Below, piece after piece: positions 54,163 to 64,000 of a stretch of 64,000 nucleotides of DNA. The notes beneath the pieces were generated by a model, which did no database searches, was not told the DNA's origin, and saw only the letters and a list, made by a program, of their open reading frames with translations. The translations under genes and the position numbers were made by a program. The stretch covers positions 1-64,000 of IMG/VR virus record IMGVR_UViG_3300031998_000031. One strand, written 5' to 3'. Positions within the stretch are counted from its first letter, which is position 1. Each line of letters starts with the position of its first letter. The stretch is from a virus (Duplodnaviria; Caudoviricetes).

Positions 54163-56928
54163 ATGGGTACATCAGATGTAGTAAGGGTCACATATGGCGG
54201 CTCTCTGATATACGTGGCGGGCGCAGATACGCAGTTCAAACTGGATACTGCCAATAAGCGCTTGACTGAAGATGTCATCGTTAACGTCGGATATGCCGAA
54301 GATACGCATGACGCGACCATGGACGATGCCGCGCAGCTGCTATCTGGCATTACTGCTTACGCTGGCGGCTCCAAGTATACAGGTACACTTCAGGACTATA
54401 CCGGCTCGATAAACGGTGGAGAAGGCTACATCCCGTACTACAGCGGTGCGTACTATATCGAGCCTACGAGCGAGATTCAGTCGATTTCCACGTCCGGCAT
54501 GTTTATGTCCAGTGACATGACCATCGGACGCGGTGCGCAGCCGTCCGGGACGCTTTCAATCCGCGCAAACGGCACGTACGATGTTACGGACTACGCGAGC
54601 GCAGCGGTCTTGGTGTCTGGCTCAGAGTATTCCTTCGGGACCATCCCGGCTTTATCTTCCACGCCGTCTTCGCTTGTAGATTCAGGCGTAAATATCGGAT
54701 ATAATGCCGCCGATAGTGATTATTATTTAGCGGTCTCCTCATTGAATCTGGCAGGAAAATCAGCCTATGGATTCTATTACAAGGCGGTAGGCAGTACGTA
54801 TTATACTTTTTGCGTAGTATCAGACGAGAATCCTTCACCTGTTTATTACCAAGAAGTTATCGGTGGCACCGCAAGGGGCGTTGGTGCCAAGCAATGTAGT
54901 TATGATTCGCAGAACTATCTGTTCTACGCTTCGGGGATTGGACAGATACGCGATGAATACGTCAATTCGGCATTCCCGGTCTTTGTTGCCCAAACGCAAG
55001 AGGAGGCATTAGCGTCGGGGTTCGCGGCTTACCGCGAATTCATGAATAACACCGCAGAGAGATATTTTGAGGTGTTGATGGGCAACAAGTCCGGCAGTGT
55101 CGTATTTTCCGGGAGCGCGATACGGACGTATGCGGCATACTATGACGCTAACATAACTGCTATTGACGCAAGCTATGCTAAGACTGTAGGGACCGCCGCG
55201 TTTTCAAACTGTTATAGCCTATGTGAAGCTAATATCCCAGTTTGCAGCCAGATTGCCGCGTATGCGTTTTATGGCTGTAGAGAGCTTTCAAGTTTAAATT
55301 GCCCAGCCGTTCAAGAGATTGGCGATTTTGCGTTTTGCGCATGTTACGCATTGAGTGCCATAAGTCTTCCAAGCTGCACAGCTATTGGAAAAGCGGCATT
55401 TGCATCCTGCACCAGCCTTGCGGATATATATATGCCCATGGTTTCCAGTATAGCGAACGCTAATCAATCGACCAGCGGTGCTTTTTACAGTGTGGCACTT
55501 ACAAGTGTTGACCTTCCCGCATGTTCGTATATAGGAAACTATGCTTTTTGCAAGGGTCGTTCTCTTGTGAGCGTACGCGCTTCAGCATGTTCTGTGATTG
55601 GAAACTGCGCATTTCAAAGCTGTTCACTTTTAACTGATGTATATATGCCCAGTTGTGTGTCTGTGGGGATTTTTGCATTCGCGTATTGCTCTTCACTCCA
55701 GAGCATCGATTTACCTGTGTGTGCATCGGTGGCAGCGGGGGCGTTTTCGGTTTGCTCAAGGCTTGTAAGCGTAAGTATCCCGCAGTGTTCTTACGTGGGC
55801 GATAATGCGTTCGCCAATTGTTCCGCGCTCCAATCCATAGAGCTTTCCCTTTGTTCAAGACTCCTTGCTGGGGCCTTCTATAATTGTCGCTCGCTTCAGG
55901 ATGTATCCATACCTTTAGTGAGGTCGATTGGACAAAGCGCATTCTGGAGCGACGCAGCCTTGTCTCGCATCGAGGCTCCTCTTTGCAATACGCTTGATTT
56001 TTTTGCATTCACGTATTGCTCAATGCTTGAATATGTAAGCATGCCTGAGCTTCTGGCTACATCCAGCGGGACTAATTGGAGTACTGGCGCGTTCGCATCG
56101 ACCGGCATATCGAGCGTTGAATTTCCTGCTTTGATGAAAGTAAATGCCTACACATTTGCTTCATGCAAGAGTTTGCAGCAGATATCTTTGCAGTGCTGTG
56201 ACGCTATTATGGGAAGTTGTGCATTTCAGTCCTGTACATCACTTGAGAGCGTGTATCTATTTGGAAATAGCGTGGCTTCGCTGTCAGCAGTGAACGCGTT
56301 TGCCAGTACGCCGATGTCTCTGAGTTCTTATCTCGGCCACTTTGGCTCGATATTCGTTCCGTCAGATGTATATGCCTCCTATTTGACTGCTCAATACTGG
56401 TCGACATATTCATCGCGGCTGGTATCGTGCCCGGTAACTTACGGGAGCAACATAAGCCCGTTCGACGGGGAGGTCACCTTAGAGAATCCTCGCAACGTCA
56501 CGCTTGTGTCGGCATCTTCTACGGATAATGTCTGGAATATATCGCTCTCGGTCGTTACACAGAGCAGTGAGCATGAGGGCGTCAGCATTCCCTTGACCAA
56601 TAACAGAGAGTCTGGCAAGTGGTATCGTCTGGACTTTGACGTATTGATACCATCGGGGACGTCGATAAATGCAAATGCGAACAGACCAATCTTGGCCATC
56701 ATTGCCCATAGTATTACCACCCAAGGTAATACCGCTTATTATCAAAGCCCTGTTTATGCGACAGATACCTTTACGGCAGGGACGCCGAAGCACTATAGTC
56801 TTACCGTAAGCGGTGACGCGGATAAGAGCCTGATTCTTTATCTTGCCGGTATAGCAGATGGTCAGACCAAGACCATCGAGATTACCAACATAACCATGTA
56901 CGAGAAGACGGTAACATTACCGTCGTAA
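54163..56928 (+). CDS. Modular BspA-type LRR protein (about 17 LRRs) with an extra C-terminal beta domain
   Basis: 22-aa repeats IG..AF..C..L..I.LP.C; shared N-modules and GSI.VP cap. Confidence 0.88.
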   Translation: MGTSDVVRVTYGGSLIYVAGADTQFKLDTANKRLTEDVIVNVGYAEDTHDATMDDAAQLLSGITAYAGGSKYTGTLQDYTGSINGGEGYIPYYSGAYYIEPTSEIQSISTSGMFMSSDMTIGRGAQPSGTLSIRANGTYDVTDYASAAVLVSGSEYSFGTIPALSSTPSSLVDSGVNIGYNAADSDYYLAVSSLNLAGKSAYGFYYKAVGSTYYTFCVVSDENPSPVYYQEVIGGTARGVGAKQCSYDSQNYLFYASGIGQIRDEYVNSAFPVFVAQTQEEALASGFAAYREFMNNTAERYFEVLMGNKSGSVVFSGSAIRTYAAYYDANITAIDASYAKTVGTAAFSNCYSLCEANIPVCSQIAAYAFYGCRELSSLNCPAVQEIGDFAFCACYALSAISLPSCTAIGKAAFASCTSLADIYMPMVSSIANANQSTSGAFYSVALTSVDLPACSYIGNYAFCKGRSLVSVRASACSVIGNCAFQSCSLLTDVYMPSCVSVGIFAFAYCSSLQSIDLPVCASVAAGAFSVCSRLVSVSIPQCSYVGDNAFANCSALQSIELSLCSRLLAGAFYNCRSLQDVSIPLVRSIGQSAFWSDAALSRIEAPLCNTLDFFAFTYCSMLEYVSMPELLATSSGTNWSTGAFASTGISSVEFPALMKVNAYTFASCKSLQQISLQCCDAIMGSCAFQSCTSLESVYLFGNSVASLSAVNAFASTPMSLSSYLGHFGSIFVPSDVYASYLTAQYWSTYSSRLVSCPVTYGSNISPFDGEVTLENPRNVTLVSASSTDNVWNISLSVVTQSSEHEGVSIPLTNNRESGKWYRLDFDVLIPSGTSINANANRPILAIIAHSITTQGNTAYYQSPVYATDTFTAGTPKHYSLTVSGDADKSLILYLAGIADGQTKTIEITNITMYEKTVTLPS

Positions 56929-56940
56929 CGGTGGAGCATC

Positions 56941-57417
56941 ATGATTAGAGGCAATACTATAACCATAATAAGCAGCGGCATTACGCCATCTGGCAGCCTG
57001 AGCATCACGGAGAACGGGGCGTATGATGTAATGTCATACGCCAGCGCGATAGTAAGCGTTCCGGGCATAGATACGTCGGACGCCACGCTGTCGTCCGGGT
57101 GGCAGATGCTGTCCGGCATTACGGCTTATGCCAGCGGTATAAAATACACTGGTACGTTGGAAGACTACATGGGGTCCGTAAACAGCGGCTCTTGGAGCGC
57201 TCCGATTTACTCTGGCTCATACAGGATAACGCCGACGGATGCGACGCAATCTTTCCCGACGGCGGGAATGTTTATGACCTACGACCTGATAGTGAATCCG
57301 GCGCAGGGCACGGCGCTGAAGACCCACGAGGATTCCGTATTCGACTTTAACGAATGGACGAGGGGCAATGCGTCCGCCTTTTGGCCTAATACTACTGTTG
57401 GCGAGCTTACTGTTTAG
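56941..57417 (+). CDS. Module-only paralog of the LRR array (no LRRs)
   Basis: ITENG.YDV, DTSDATLSSG.QMLSGITAYASG.KYTG, TP....QSFPTAG. Confidence 0.75.
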   Translation: MIRGNTITIISSGITPSGSLSITENGAYDVMSYASAIVSVPGIDTSDATLSSGWQMLSGITAYASGIKYTGTLEDYMGSVNSGSWSAPIYSGSYRITPTDATQSFPTAGMFMTYDLIVNPAQGTALKTHEDSVFDFNEWTRGNASAFWPNTTVGELTV

Positions 57418-57428
57418 GAGGGTGAGAT

Positions 57429-58772
57429 ATGGTAACAAGGAATTTTAAGGCTTTATTGGGAAGAGCATTGTGTGTAGTGTCTTCTTACCCAAGTGGTTCT
57501 GAGAATAATAATAAATTTCGAACCAGTTTGCTTGTACATGATATATACAATGGGGCATATTATCTCGTCTCTGTTTCCGCGAGCGGCGTGCAGTCGTTTC
57601 CCGGACAAGTGGTAAATGCTGTGAATGTCGGTGGCAATTACGAAACCAACGGCATCTGGTTGGGTACAGGCAACCGTACGCCCTCCGAGGATGATTATGA
57701 TTTGCAAAGCACTATTACAGCTGGCATTTCAGCGTCCGTATCGGATGTCGTTCCGGGTCTCGATGAAGACGGCGACCCTTGCCTTACTTATACGATAGCT
57801 GTAACTAATACTGGGAGCGATAGCATTACTATATCTGAAGTCGGATACAGACAGAATGCTGCATGTTCGGTTATAAAGGACGTTGAGGCTACAACCAGTG
57901 TGATACGGATGGGTAGGCCCTTGTTGTTAGACCGAACCGTTTTAGAATCTCCCCTAACATTAGCCTCTAACGGAGATGCAGGGAGTATTATTTATACACT
58001 CAAAACTGCGATTAACGGTGCGAGAACAGTTAATGGCGTCAAGATTGTTAGCTGGGAATCCGGGTCCGACGAAGATGTTGCTGCCATGATTGATGCAGCT
58101 CAGCAAGGACTAATAAACCTTCAAACCGATGGCGGATGGCAGCTTGGGATGCAGAGATGGATACATTTAAACGCTTGGGAAGGAGCGAAAAACTCCCACG
58201 AAGCTGAGGATTTAGTTGTTGTTATATCAAGTTTTGATGACTATAATAACTGCGGCGCAGTGATGCAGTTCGACTTTTGCATACTGCCATATTTAGCTGA
58301 GCACATGAACTCAACAAACACAAACACCGGGGGGTATGGTGCATCTGTCATGTATACTACAACTCTTCCGGCTATGGTAAACGCACTGCCCTCTTGGCTG
58401 TCTTCAAGACTGAAGACTTTTTCGGTTCTTGCGTCTGCGGGTTCTGATAGCTCTGAAATAGCCACTGTCGCAAATAATAAATTAGCCTTGCGAAGTGAAG
58501 TGGAGATATTTAATACAACAAGCAGTTCATACCCCGGAGAAGGCTCTCAAATTGCTTTATTTTCTTCTGTGGTTGCTGCGAGCAGGGTTTCTTTGGGGCG
58601 TCTTAGGAGCTGTAAGATTTATCTGACTGCATCTGCGCTTGGCTCGATGTATTGGCTGCGGTCCCCGTCGCGCAGTTCTGTTCGTTTTGCGGTTGGTAAT
58701 GCTGATGGCCTTTCGTCGCTGGCGTATGGCGCATCAAGCAGCTACTACGTCGCCCCCTTCGGCTGTTTATAG
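57429..58772 (+). CDS. Tail-associated protein with a DUF6273/C-type-lectin-like C-terminus
   Basis: MNSTNTN.GGY, L.SEVEIF, YWLRSP...VAPFGCL. Confidence 0.72.
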   Translation: MVTRNFKALLGRALCVVSSYPSGSENNNKFRTSLLVHDIYNGAYYLVSVSASGVQSFPGQVVNAVNVGGNYETNGIWLGTGNRTPSEDDYDLQSTITAGISASVSDVVPGLDEDGDPCLTYTIAVTNTGSDSITISEVGYRQNAACSVIKDVEATTSVIRMGRPLLLDRTVLESPLTLASNGDAGSIIYTLKTAINGARTVNGVKIVSWESGSDEDVAAMIDAAQQGLINLQTDGGWQLGMQRWIHLNAWEGAKNSHEAEDLVVVISSFDDYNNCGAVMQFDFCILPYLAEHMNSTNTNTGGYGASVMYTTTLPAMVNALPSWLSSRLKTFSVLASAGSDSSEIATVANNKLALRSEVEIFNTTSSSYPGEGSQIALFSSVVAASRVSLGRLRSCKIYLTASALGSMYWLRSPSRSSVRFAVGNADGLSSLAYGASSSYYVAPFGCL

Positions 58773-58781
58773 GTATATCCC

Positions 58782-59855
58782 ATGAGCATATCAGATATAG
58801 TAAAGGTCGCTTACAGCGGCTCTGTGATATACCGAGCTGGCGGCAACAGCAGTTTTACGCTGAATACATCGCATCGCCTGCTGAAGAGCGACATCGAGTT
58901 TGAAGTCGGCAATGCGACCGATACGACAGACGCCACGCTGTCCAGCTCGATGCAGATGCTGTCTGCGGTCACCGCATACGCGAACGATGTAAAGTATACC
59001 GGCGCGATAGGGACGTATTTGGGAGCGACCAATACCGGCGCGGCGATTCCGTATTACACGGGGACGTATAGCGTTACGCCAGCTGGTGTCCAGCAGACGT
59101 TCGCGACTGCCGGGAAATACTTGTCGCAGGATGTGGTGATAGGCGCGTACTCTTCAATCGGACCGTCGGACCAGTATTTTAGGATTCTTGAAAGGATTGA
59201 CTCTGGGAGCATAGTATACGGCGGTAGCACCGTAAGGCCCTACTTAGCCTTTCAATGCGATACGCTAACCGGTTTTCAGGGGGATAATGTTACCGAGATT
59301 GGCACAAGCGCATTTGATGGATGCCGGTCATTATTTTCTGTCAGTTTTCCAAGTTGCAGGACTATTGCAGCCTATGCGTTCCATGCTTGCTTCATAAGCT
59401 CGATATCTTTTCCCGCCTGTACGAATGTTTCGAATTATGCTTTTGAGTATTGTATGTCTCTTGAGTCTGCATCATTACCTGCCTGCACAGCTCTTGGATA
59501 CTACGCATTTAATGGATGCTACAAGCTATCTTCAATATCGTTGCCTGTTTGCGTGCATGTATCGAACTATGCGTTTGCAAGCTGCTATGCGCTATCGACT
59601 ATCGCGCTTCCATCATGCGCTTCCATTGGGGCATACGTGTTTAGCCGCTGTTATAGTTTAGTGTCGCTAAATCTCTTGGGGTCAAGCATTTGTGTGCTTT
59701 CCAACTCAAACGCTTTTTATTCAACGCCTATTGCGGGTTATACCGCGTCAACGGGTGGCGTTTACGGTTCTATCTATGTTCCTGCGAGCTTGCTTGCATC
59801 CTATCAAGCAGCGACCAATTGGTCTTACTTTAGCTCTCGCTTCGTAGGCGTATAA
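58782..59855 (+). CDS. Modular BspA-type LRR protein (about 7 LRRs)
   Basis: Shared modules, LRRs and GSIYVPASLLASY cap. Confidence 0.88.
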   Translation: MSISDIVKVAYSGSVIYRAGGNSSFTLNTSHRLLKSDIEFEVGNATDTTDATLSSSMQMLSAVTAYANDVKYTGAIGTYLGATNTGAAIPYYTGTYSVTPAGVQQTFATAGKYLSQDVVIGAYSSIGPSDQYFRILERIDSGSIVYGGSTVRPYLAFQCDTLTGFQGDNVTEIGTSAFDGCRSLFSVSFPSCRTIAAYAFHACFISSISFPACTNVSNYAFEYCMSLESASLPACTALGYYAFNGCYKLSSISLPVCVHVSNYAFASCYALSTIALPSCASIGAYVFSRCYSLVSLNLLGSSICVLSNSNAFYSTPIAGYTASTGGVYGSIYVPASLLASYQAATNWSYFSSRFVGV

Positions 59856-59864
59856 GGAGAAGTA

Positions 59865-61121
59865 ATGGGTTTGTCAGATGTTGTAATAATCAAATACGGC
59901 GGTTCGACGATTCACGAGGCTGGATGCAACAGTAATTTTACTCTTAAAACGGCTCAGAAGTGGCTTTCGGATGATATTTTGGTAGAGGTCGGAAATGTTA
60001 TAGATACTTCCGACGCCACTTTGATGAGCGGCGGACAGATGCTGTCCGCCGTTACAGCTTATGCCAGCGGAGTAAAGTATACCGGCACCATCGAATCCTA
60101 CTCAGGCTTGGTTAACGGTTCGCAGTATGACCGTCCGTATTATTCAGGGGAATATAACATCACTCCGATGGCAACGGCACAAAGGCTGTCTACCGCCGGA
60201 AAGATACTGTCTGAGGACGTTGTAGTAAATGCTGTCGAGGTGGACCTATATTTTAACATCATGGCTGGTGCTTCTTATGGAAGCGTGGTGTTTTCATCTG
60301 CATATTTGCCCAGCCACTTTGCTGAGAGCTGCGTTACACTTACTGGATTTCGGGCGGATAATGTTTCGTCTGTTTATTCTGATACATTTCGGAATTGCTT
60401 TAATCTTGAGATTGTTAGTATTCCGAATTGCAATTACATTGACTGCAACGCGTTTGCTTATTGTTCCGCGCTTTCGTCGGTCGACGTCCCAGCCAATAGA
60501 ATTGGGTCCAACGCATTTTTGAGTTGTACGGCTCTTAAAAGTGTTAACTATCCGCACTGTACCATGATATCTTCTTGGGCATTTTGTGGATGTACTGCCC
60601 TTGAGGCGGTATCGTTCCCTGAGTGCGTGAGCATACAAGGAGGCGCATTTTCAGAGGCTGGCCTCAAGGAGGCCTCTTTTCCTTCGTGCACAGCAGTTGA
60701 GTCGTCTGCGTTTACGAGCTGTACATCTCTTAGCCTGATATCTTTCCCAAATTGCTTAAGGGTAAACGGAGACGCTTTCAAGCGCTGCTCGGCTTTAACG
60801 TCTGTGCATCTCCCCAAGTGCGTGGAAATTGACCAAGGGACCTTTTTTATGTGTAGCCTGCTCTCCACGCTTTCGCTTCCGGCAGCTGGGAGGATAAGTA
60901 ATTACGCTTTCCAAGGATGTTATAGGTTGTTGTCTTTGTATCTAATGGCATCGTACGTTTGTCGTATAGATGTCGGAACATTTGCGAGCACGCCAATTGC
61001 TGGCGTAACGACATATACCGGCGGGGTGTACGGAAGTGTTTATGTCCCCGCAAGTTTATTGGCCTCATATAAGGCAAATGGCAGTTGGGCAGCTTTTAGC
61101 GACCGCTTAGTAGGTATTTAA
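59865..61121 (+). CDS. Modular BspA-type LRR protein (about 10 LRRs)
   Basis: Shared modules, LRRs and GSVYVPASLLASY cap. Confidence 0.88.
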   Translation: MGLSDVVIIKYGGSTIHEAGCNSNFTLKTAQKWLSDDILVEVGNVIDTSDATLMSGGQMLSAVTAYASGVKYTGTIESYSGLVNGSQYDRPYYSGEYNITPMATAQRLSTAGKILSEDVVVNAVEVDLYFNIMAGASYGSVVFSSAYLPSHFAESCVTLTGFRADNVSSVYSDTFRNCFNLEIVSIPNCNYIDCNAFAYCSALSSVDVPANRIGSNAFLSCTALKSVNYPHCTMISSWAFCGCTALEAVSFPECVSIQGGAFSEAGLKEASFPSCTAVESSAFTSCTSLSLISFPNCLRVNGDAFKRCSALTSVHLPKCVEIDQGTFFMCSLLSTLSLPAAGRISNYAFQGCYRLLSLYLMASYVCRIDVGTFASTPIAGVTTYTGGVYGSVYVPASLLASYKANGSWAAFSDRLVGI

Positions 61122-61131
61122 GGAGGCTCAA

Positions 61132-62688
61132 ATGAGCGTATCGGATATCGTAAAAGTCAAATATAACGGCTCGGTCATCCACGTTGCTGGAGCTTCGAGT
61201 ACGTTCACCATGAATACCTCAAGCAGGCGGCTTATCGGTGATATAGTCGTGGAGGTCGCCTCTGTATCTGGTACGGGGTCCCTCATATCCAAGTCCATCG
61301 TATCCAACGGCGTATACACTGCTGCAAGCGAGGGCGCAGACGGTTATTCTGTCGTAACGGTCAGTTTGCCACCAGCTACCCTGATTTCGAAGTCGATTAC
61401 CGCTAACGGGACCTATTCCGCATCAGATGAGAGTGCGGACGGCTACTCTGTCGTGACAGTCAGCTTGCCCTCATTCGCGGGACCGTATTCTTTCGCGCCA
61501 TCCACAACGGTGCAGACGTTCGCGACCGCAGGCCTGTTGATGCAGTCCAATGTAACTATCGCGTCCTACACTCCGGGCACCGATACCACTGACGCGACCT
61601 TATCCTCCGGTGCTCAGATGCTCTCAGGCATCACAGCATATGCAAGCGGGGTAAAGTACACCGGCACCATCGAAGAGTATGCAGGCATGGTAAACAGCAG
61701 CCACGATAATATCCCGTATTATAGCGGGAGCGTAAATGGTGGTGCGCCTGATGTGCCCACTTATAGCGGGACCTATTACGCCACTCCATCCAATACGGAG
61801 CAGACGTTCCCGACTGCCGGACTTTTGATGAGTTCTGATTTTACGGTCGCTTCGGTGGCGAGCGGCGGGATAATCCCGACCGGGACCATAAGTATCACCG
61901 AGAACGGCATATATGATATATCGCAGTACGCAAGCGCTAACGTAAGCGTTCCGAGCGGGATTACACCTACGGGAACGCTGAGCATAAATGCGAATGGGAT
62001 ATACACCGTAACAGATTATGCAAGTGTTGATGTAAGCGTTCCCGGCGTGGTTCCTGTGGGAACAAAGGTCATCACGTCCAACGGAAATTATGATGTATCG
62101 AGCTTTGCGAGTGCTACTGTAAACGTCACAAGCAACAACGACGCATTTAAGTCAATGGTCGAAGGAACGCTGACGGCTGCAACGGGTTCAACGGTATCTA
62201 CTATCCGTTCAAATGCTTTTGCGGGTGCCCAGACGCTGACACTTGTAAGTTTTCCTTCCTGCACAAACGTAGGGGCAGGGGCGTTCTATGACTGCACGCA
62301 ACTTGTGTCAGTTTATCTTCCGTCTTGTATTAGCGTTAGTACGCAAGCTTTTGAGGGTTGCTCAGCTCTATCTGATGTTGAGTTACAATCTTGCCGTACA
62401 ATTGATAGATACGCATTTATGGAATGCAGTAATCTGTCAACTTTAACGATTGACGGAAGGTACATTTGGGATTCGGCGTTCCATCTATGCAAAAAACTAC
62501 AGTCTCTGTATCTGACATACGACAGCTGCGGGACGCTTTATGCGAGCAATGCGTTTAAATCAACCCCAATTACGGATTCCTCTTATACGGGTACTTTCGG
62601 CAGCATCTATGTACCAGCAAGTCTTTTAGCCTCATACAAGGCTGCAAATAACTGGTCTTACTTCAGTGATAGATTCGTAGGAGTTTAG
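61132..62688 (+). CDS. Modular BspA-type LRR protein (about 5 LRRs, expanded stalk)
   Basis: 2x LISKSI..NG.Y.A...ADGYS, 3x GT..I..NG.Y, LRRs, cap. Confidence 0.88.
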   Translation: MSVSDIVKVKYNGSVIHVAGASSTFTMNTSSRRLIGDIVVEVASVSGTGSLISKSIVSNGVYTAASEGADGYSVVTVSLPPATLISKSITANGTYSASDESADGYSVVTVSLPSFAGPYSFAPSTTVQTFATAGLLMQSNVTIASYTPGTDTTDATLSSGAQMLSGITAYASGVKYTGTIEEYAGMVNSSHDNIPYYSGSVNGGAPDVPTYSGTYYATPSNTEQTFPTAGLLMSSDFTVASVASGGIIPTGTISITENGIYDISQYASANVSVPSGITPTGTLSINANGIYTVTDYASVDVSVPGVVPVGTKVITSNGNYDVSSFASATVNVTSNNDAFKSMVEGTLTAATGSTVSTIRSNAFAGAQTLTLVSFPSCTNVGAGAFYDCTQLVSVYLPSCISVSTQAFEGCSALSDVELQSCRTIDRYAFMECSNLSTLTIDGRYIWDSAFHLCKKLQSLYLTYDSCGTLYASNAFKSTPITDSSYTGTFGSIYVPASLLASYKAANNWSYFSDRFVGV

Positions 62689-62690
62689 AT

Positions 62691-63488
62691 ATGAGTTTAG
62701 TAAACGTAGCCTATAACGGCTCAATGATTTATACGGGCGATAGTGACTTCACCCTTAATACCAAAGATACTTGGCTCGAAGGCAATATAGGGGTACAAGT
62801 GTCTGTGCCTACATATTCGGGCTCATACTCTGCTACTCCGACCAATGCTGAACAGACATTTCCCACGGCAGGGATGCTTATGGAAAGCGATTTTACTGTT
62901 GGCGCAGCGAGTGGAGGAAGTGATGATAATTTCAAAATAGCTATGGGTGCAATGAGCGGGAGTATATATGACGCGGACACCGTTTCTGTTCCCTCGTATG
63001 CTTTTAATTATAGGTCAAATCTATTTGGCGTTGAAATGCTGAACTGTATTTCCATCGGAGAGTATGCTTTTGCCAGCTGCCAATCCCTATCTTTTATAAG
63101 TTTTCCAAGATGTGCTTCTATATGCAACTACGCGTTTTATGGTTGTATCGCTTTAACTGGAGTTATCTTTCCTGAGTGCGTACGTATAGAGGCCTATGCA
63201 TTTAATTACTGTAATAATTTAAGTACTGCCATTTTTCAAAAATGCCGGTATATAGGTTCCTCAGCATTTTATAACTGCACGGCATTAAAAAGTCTGTACT
63301 TACTTGGGTCTTCTGTAATAGCACCTTCGGACATGCACACGGATGCGTTTTATAATACGCCAATATCTAAGTCTACATACTTAGGAGAGTTTGGCTCGAT
63401 TTATGTCCCTGCGTCTCTCGTAGGTGAGTATAAAGCCACAAGAGGTTGGAGCGTATATTCAAATCGCATAACCGCTTATACTGGATAA
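62691..63488 (+). CDS. Modular BspA-type LRR protein (about 5 LRRs)
   Basis: Short stalk, LRRs and GSIYVPASL cap. Confidence 0.88.
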   Translation: MSLVNVAYNGSMIYTGDSDFTLNTKDTWLEGNIGVQVSVPTYSGSYSATPTNAEQTFPTAGMLMESDFTVGAASGGSDDNFKIAMGAMSGSIYDADTVSVPSYAFNYRSNLFGVEMLNCISIGEYAFASCQSLSFISFPRCASICNYAFYGCIALTGVIFPECVRIEAYAFNYCNNLSTAIFQKCRYIGSSAFYNCTALKSLYLLGSSVIAPSDMHTDAFYNTPISKSTYLGEFGSIYVPASLVGEYKATRGWSVYSNRITAYTG

Positions 63489-63499
63489 GGAGGTCCTAA

Positions 63500-64000
63500 A
63501 TGAGCACATCTGATGTCGTAAAAGTCGCGTATGGCAGCTCAATAATCTACATGGCTGGAAGTAACACCAGCTTCACCCTGAATACATCGCAAAAGTACAT
63601 GGAGGACGATGTATCAATTGAAGTAGGGGCGTTCCCCACAGCGGCTCTCATTTCCAAGACCGTGGCCGCCAACGGCGTCTATTCTGCGTCGAATGACGGT
63701 GCGGACGGATACTCCGAGGTCACTGTCAGTTTGCCTTCATATACTGGTGCGTATACGTTTACACCGGCTACATCGCCTCAGACTATCCAGACGTCGGGAC
63801 TGCTTATGTCCTCAAACGTTACGATTCAAGCATATACTCCGGCTACTCTGATATCCAAGACCATCACCTCTAATGGTACCTATTCCGCCGTCAATGATGG
63901 CGCAGATGGTTATTCGAAGGTGACCGTAAGCGTCTCTGGCGGGCCTGATACATCTGACGCTACTCTGTCGAGCGGTGCTCAGATGCTCTCAGGTATTACA
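63500..64000 (+). CDS. Next array member (partial, runs off the window)
   Basis: AAGGAGG RBS; MSTSDVVKVAYGSS..., LISK..ADGYS twice, DTSDATLSSGAQMLSGIT. Confidence 0.85.
   Translation, partial: MSTSDVVKVAYGSSIIYMAGSNTSFTLNTSQKYMEDDVSIEVGAFPTAALISKTVAANGVYSASNDGADGYSEVTVSLPSYTGAYTFTPATSPQTIQTSGLLMSSNVTIQAYTPATLISKTITSNGTYSAVNDGADGYSKVTVSVSGGPDTSDATLSSGAQMLSGIT

Larger units (their letters stand above)
1..64000. mobile_element. Temperate phage (myovirus-type), continuing beyond both edges
   Basis: Complete lysogeny, replication, packaging, head and contractile-tail modules in canonical order; no host housekeeping genes. Confidence 0.97.

Noticed and set aside
1-64000. Genome-wide TAG stop-codon recoding
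   Set aside because: Genes are full-length in the standard code, and many end in TAG directly before the next RBS; only two suggestive TAGs (23459, 53965)
54163-64000. A complete DGR or shufflon within the window
   Set aside because: No reverse transcriptase, template repeat, invertase or inverted cassettes seen; all array genes are on the same strand

Overview
The whole window is one temperate myovirus-type phage, probably of a Bacillota/Clostridia host (inferred from sigma-A-type promoters, GGAGG RBSs and gene families). Order: an attP-like site and tyrosine integrase; CI/Cro switch; recombination and replication genes (PD-(D/E)XK nuclease, Bet/RecT, initiator, DnaC-like loader, RusA, SSB); many small unknown genes behind repeated strong promoters; a RinA/ArpU-like late activator; terminase; a DUF1073 portal/MuF/DUF2213/DUF2184 head; a DUF3383 contractile tail and baseplate; and a tandem array of modular BspA-type LRR proteins running off the right edge. 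Lysis genes are not in the window. Three things stand out. (1) Unrelated enzymes interleaved among the head genes (ADP-ribosyltransferase, Zeta-like kinase, an unknown protein and, less clearly, a possible SAM lyase) share an N-terminal leader ending in R-x-D. The same tripeptide sits at pro-peptide or domain boundaries of the portal, MuF, protease and major capsid protein. This suggests a capsid-loading and protease-release system for injected effectors, most with a downstream immunity-like gene. (2) An iteron-like array sits in the baseplate operon rather than in the initiator gene, with a partial copy over the integrase start. (3) There is a combinatorial LRR adhesin repertoire. All family assignments come from motif recognition by eye; no database search was run.
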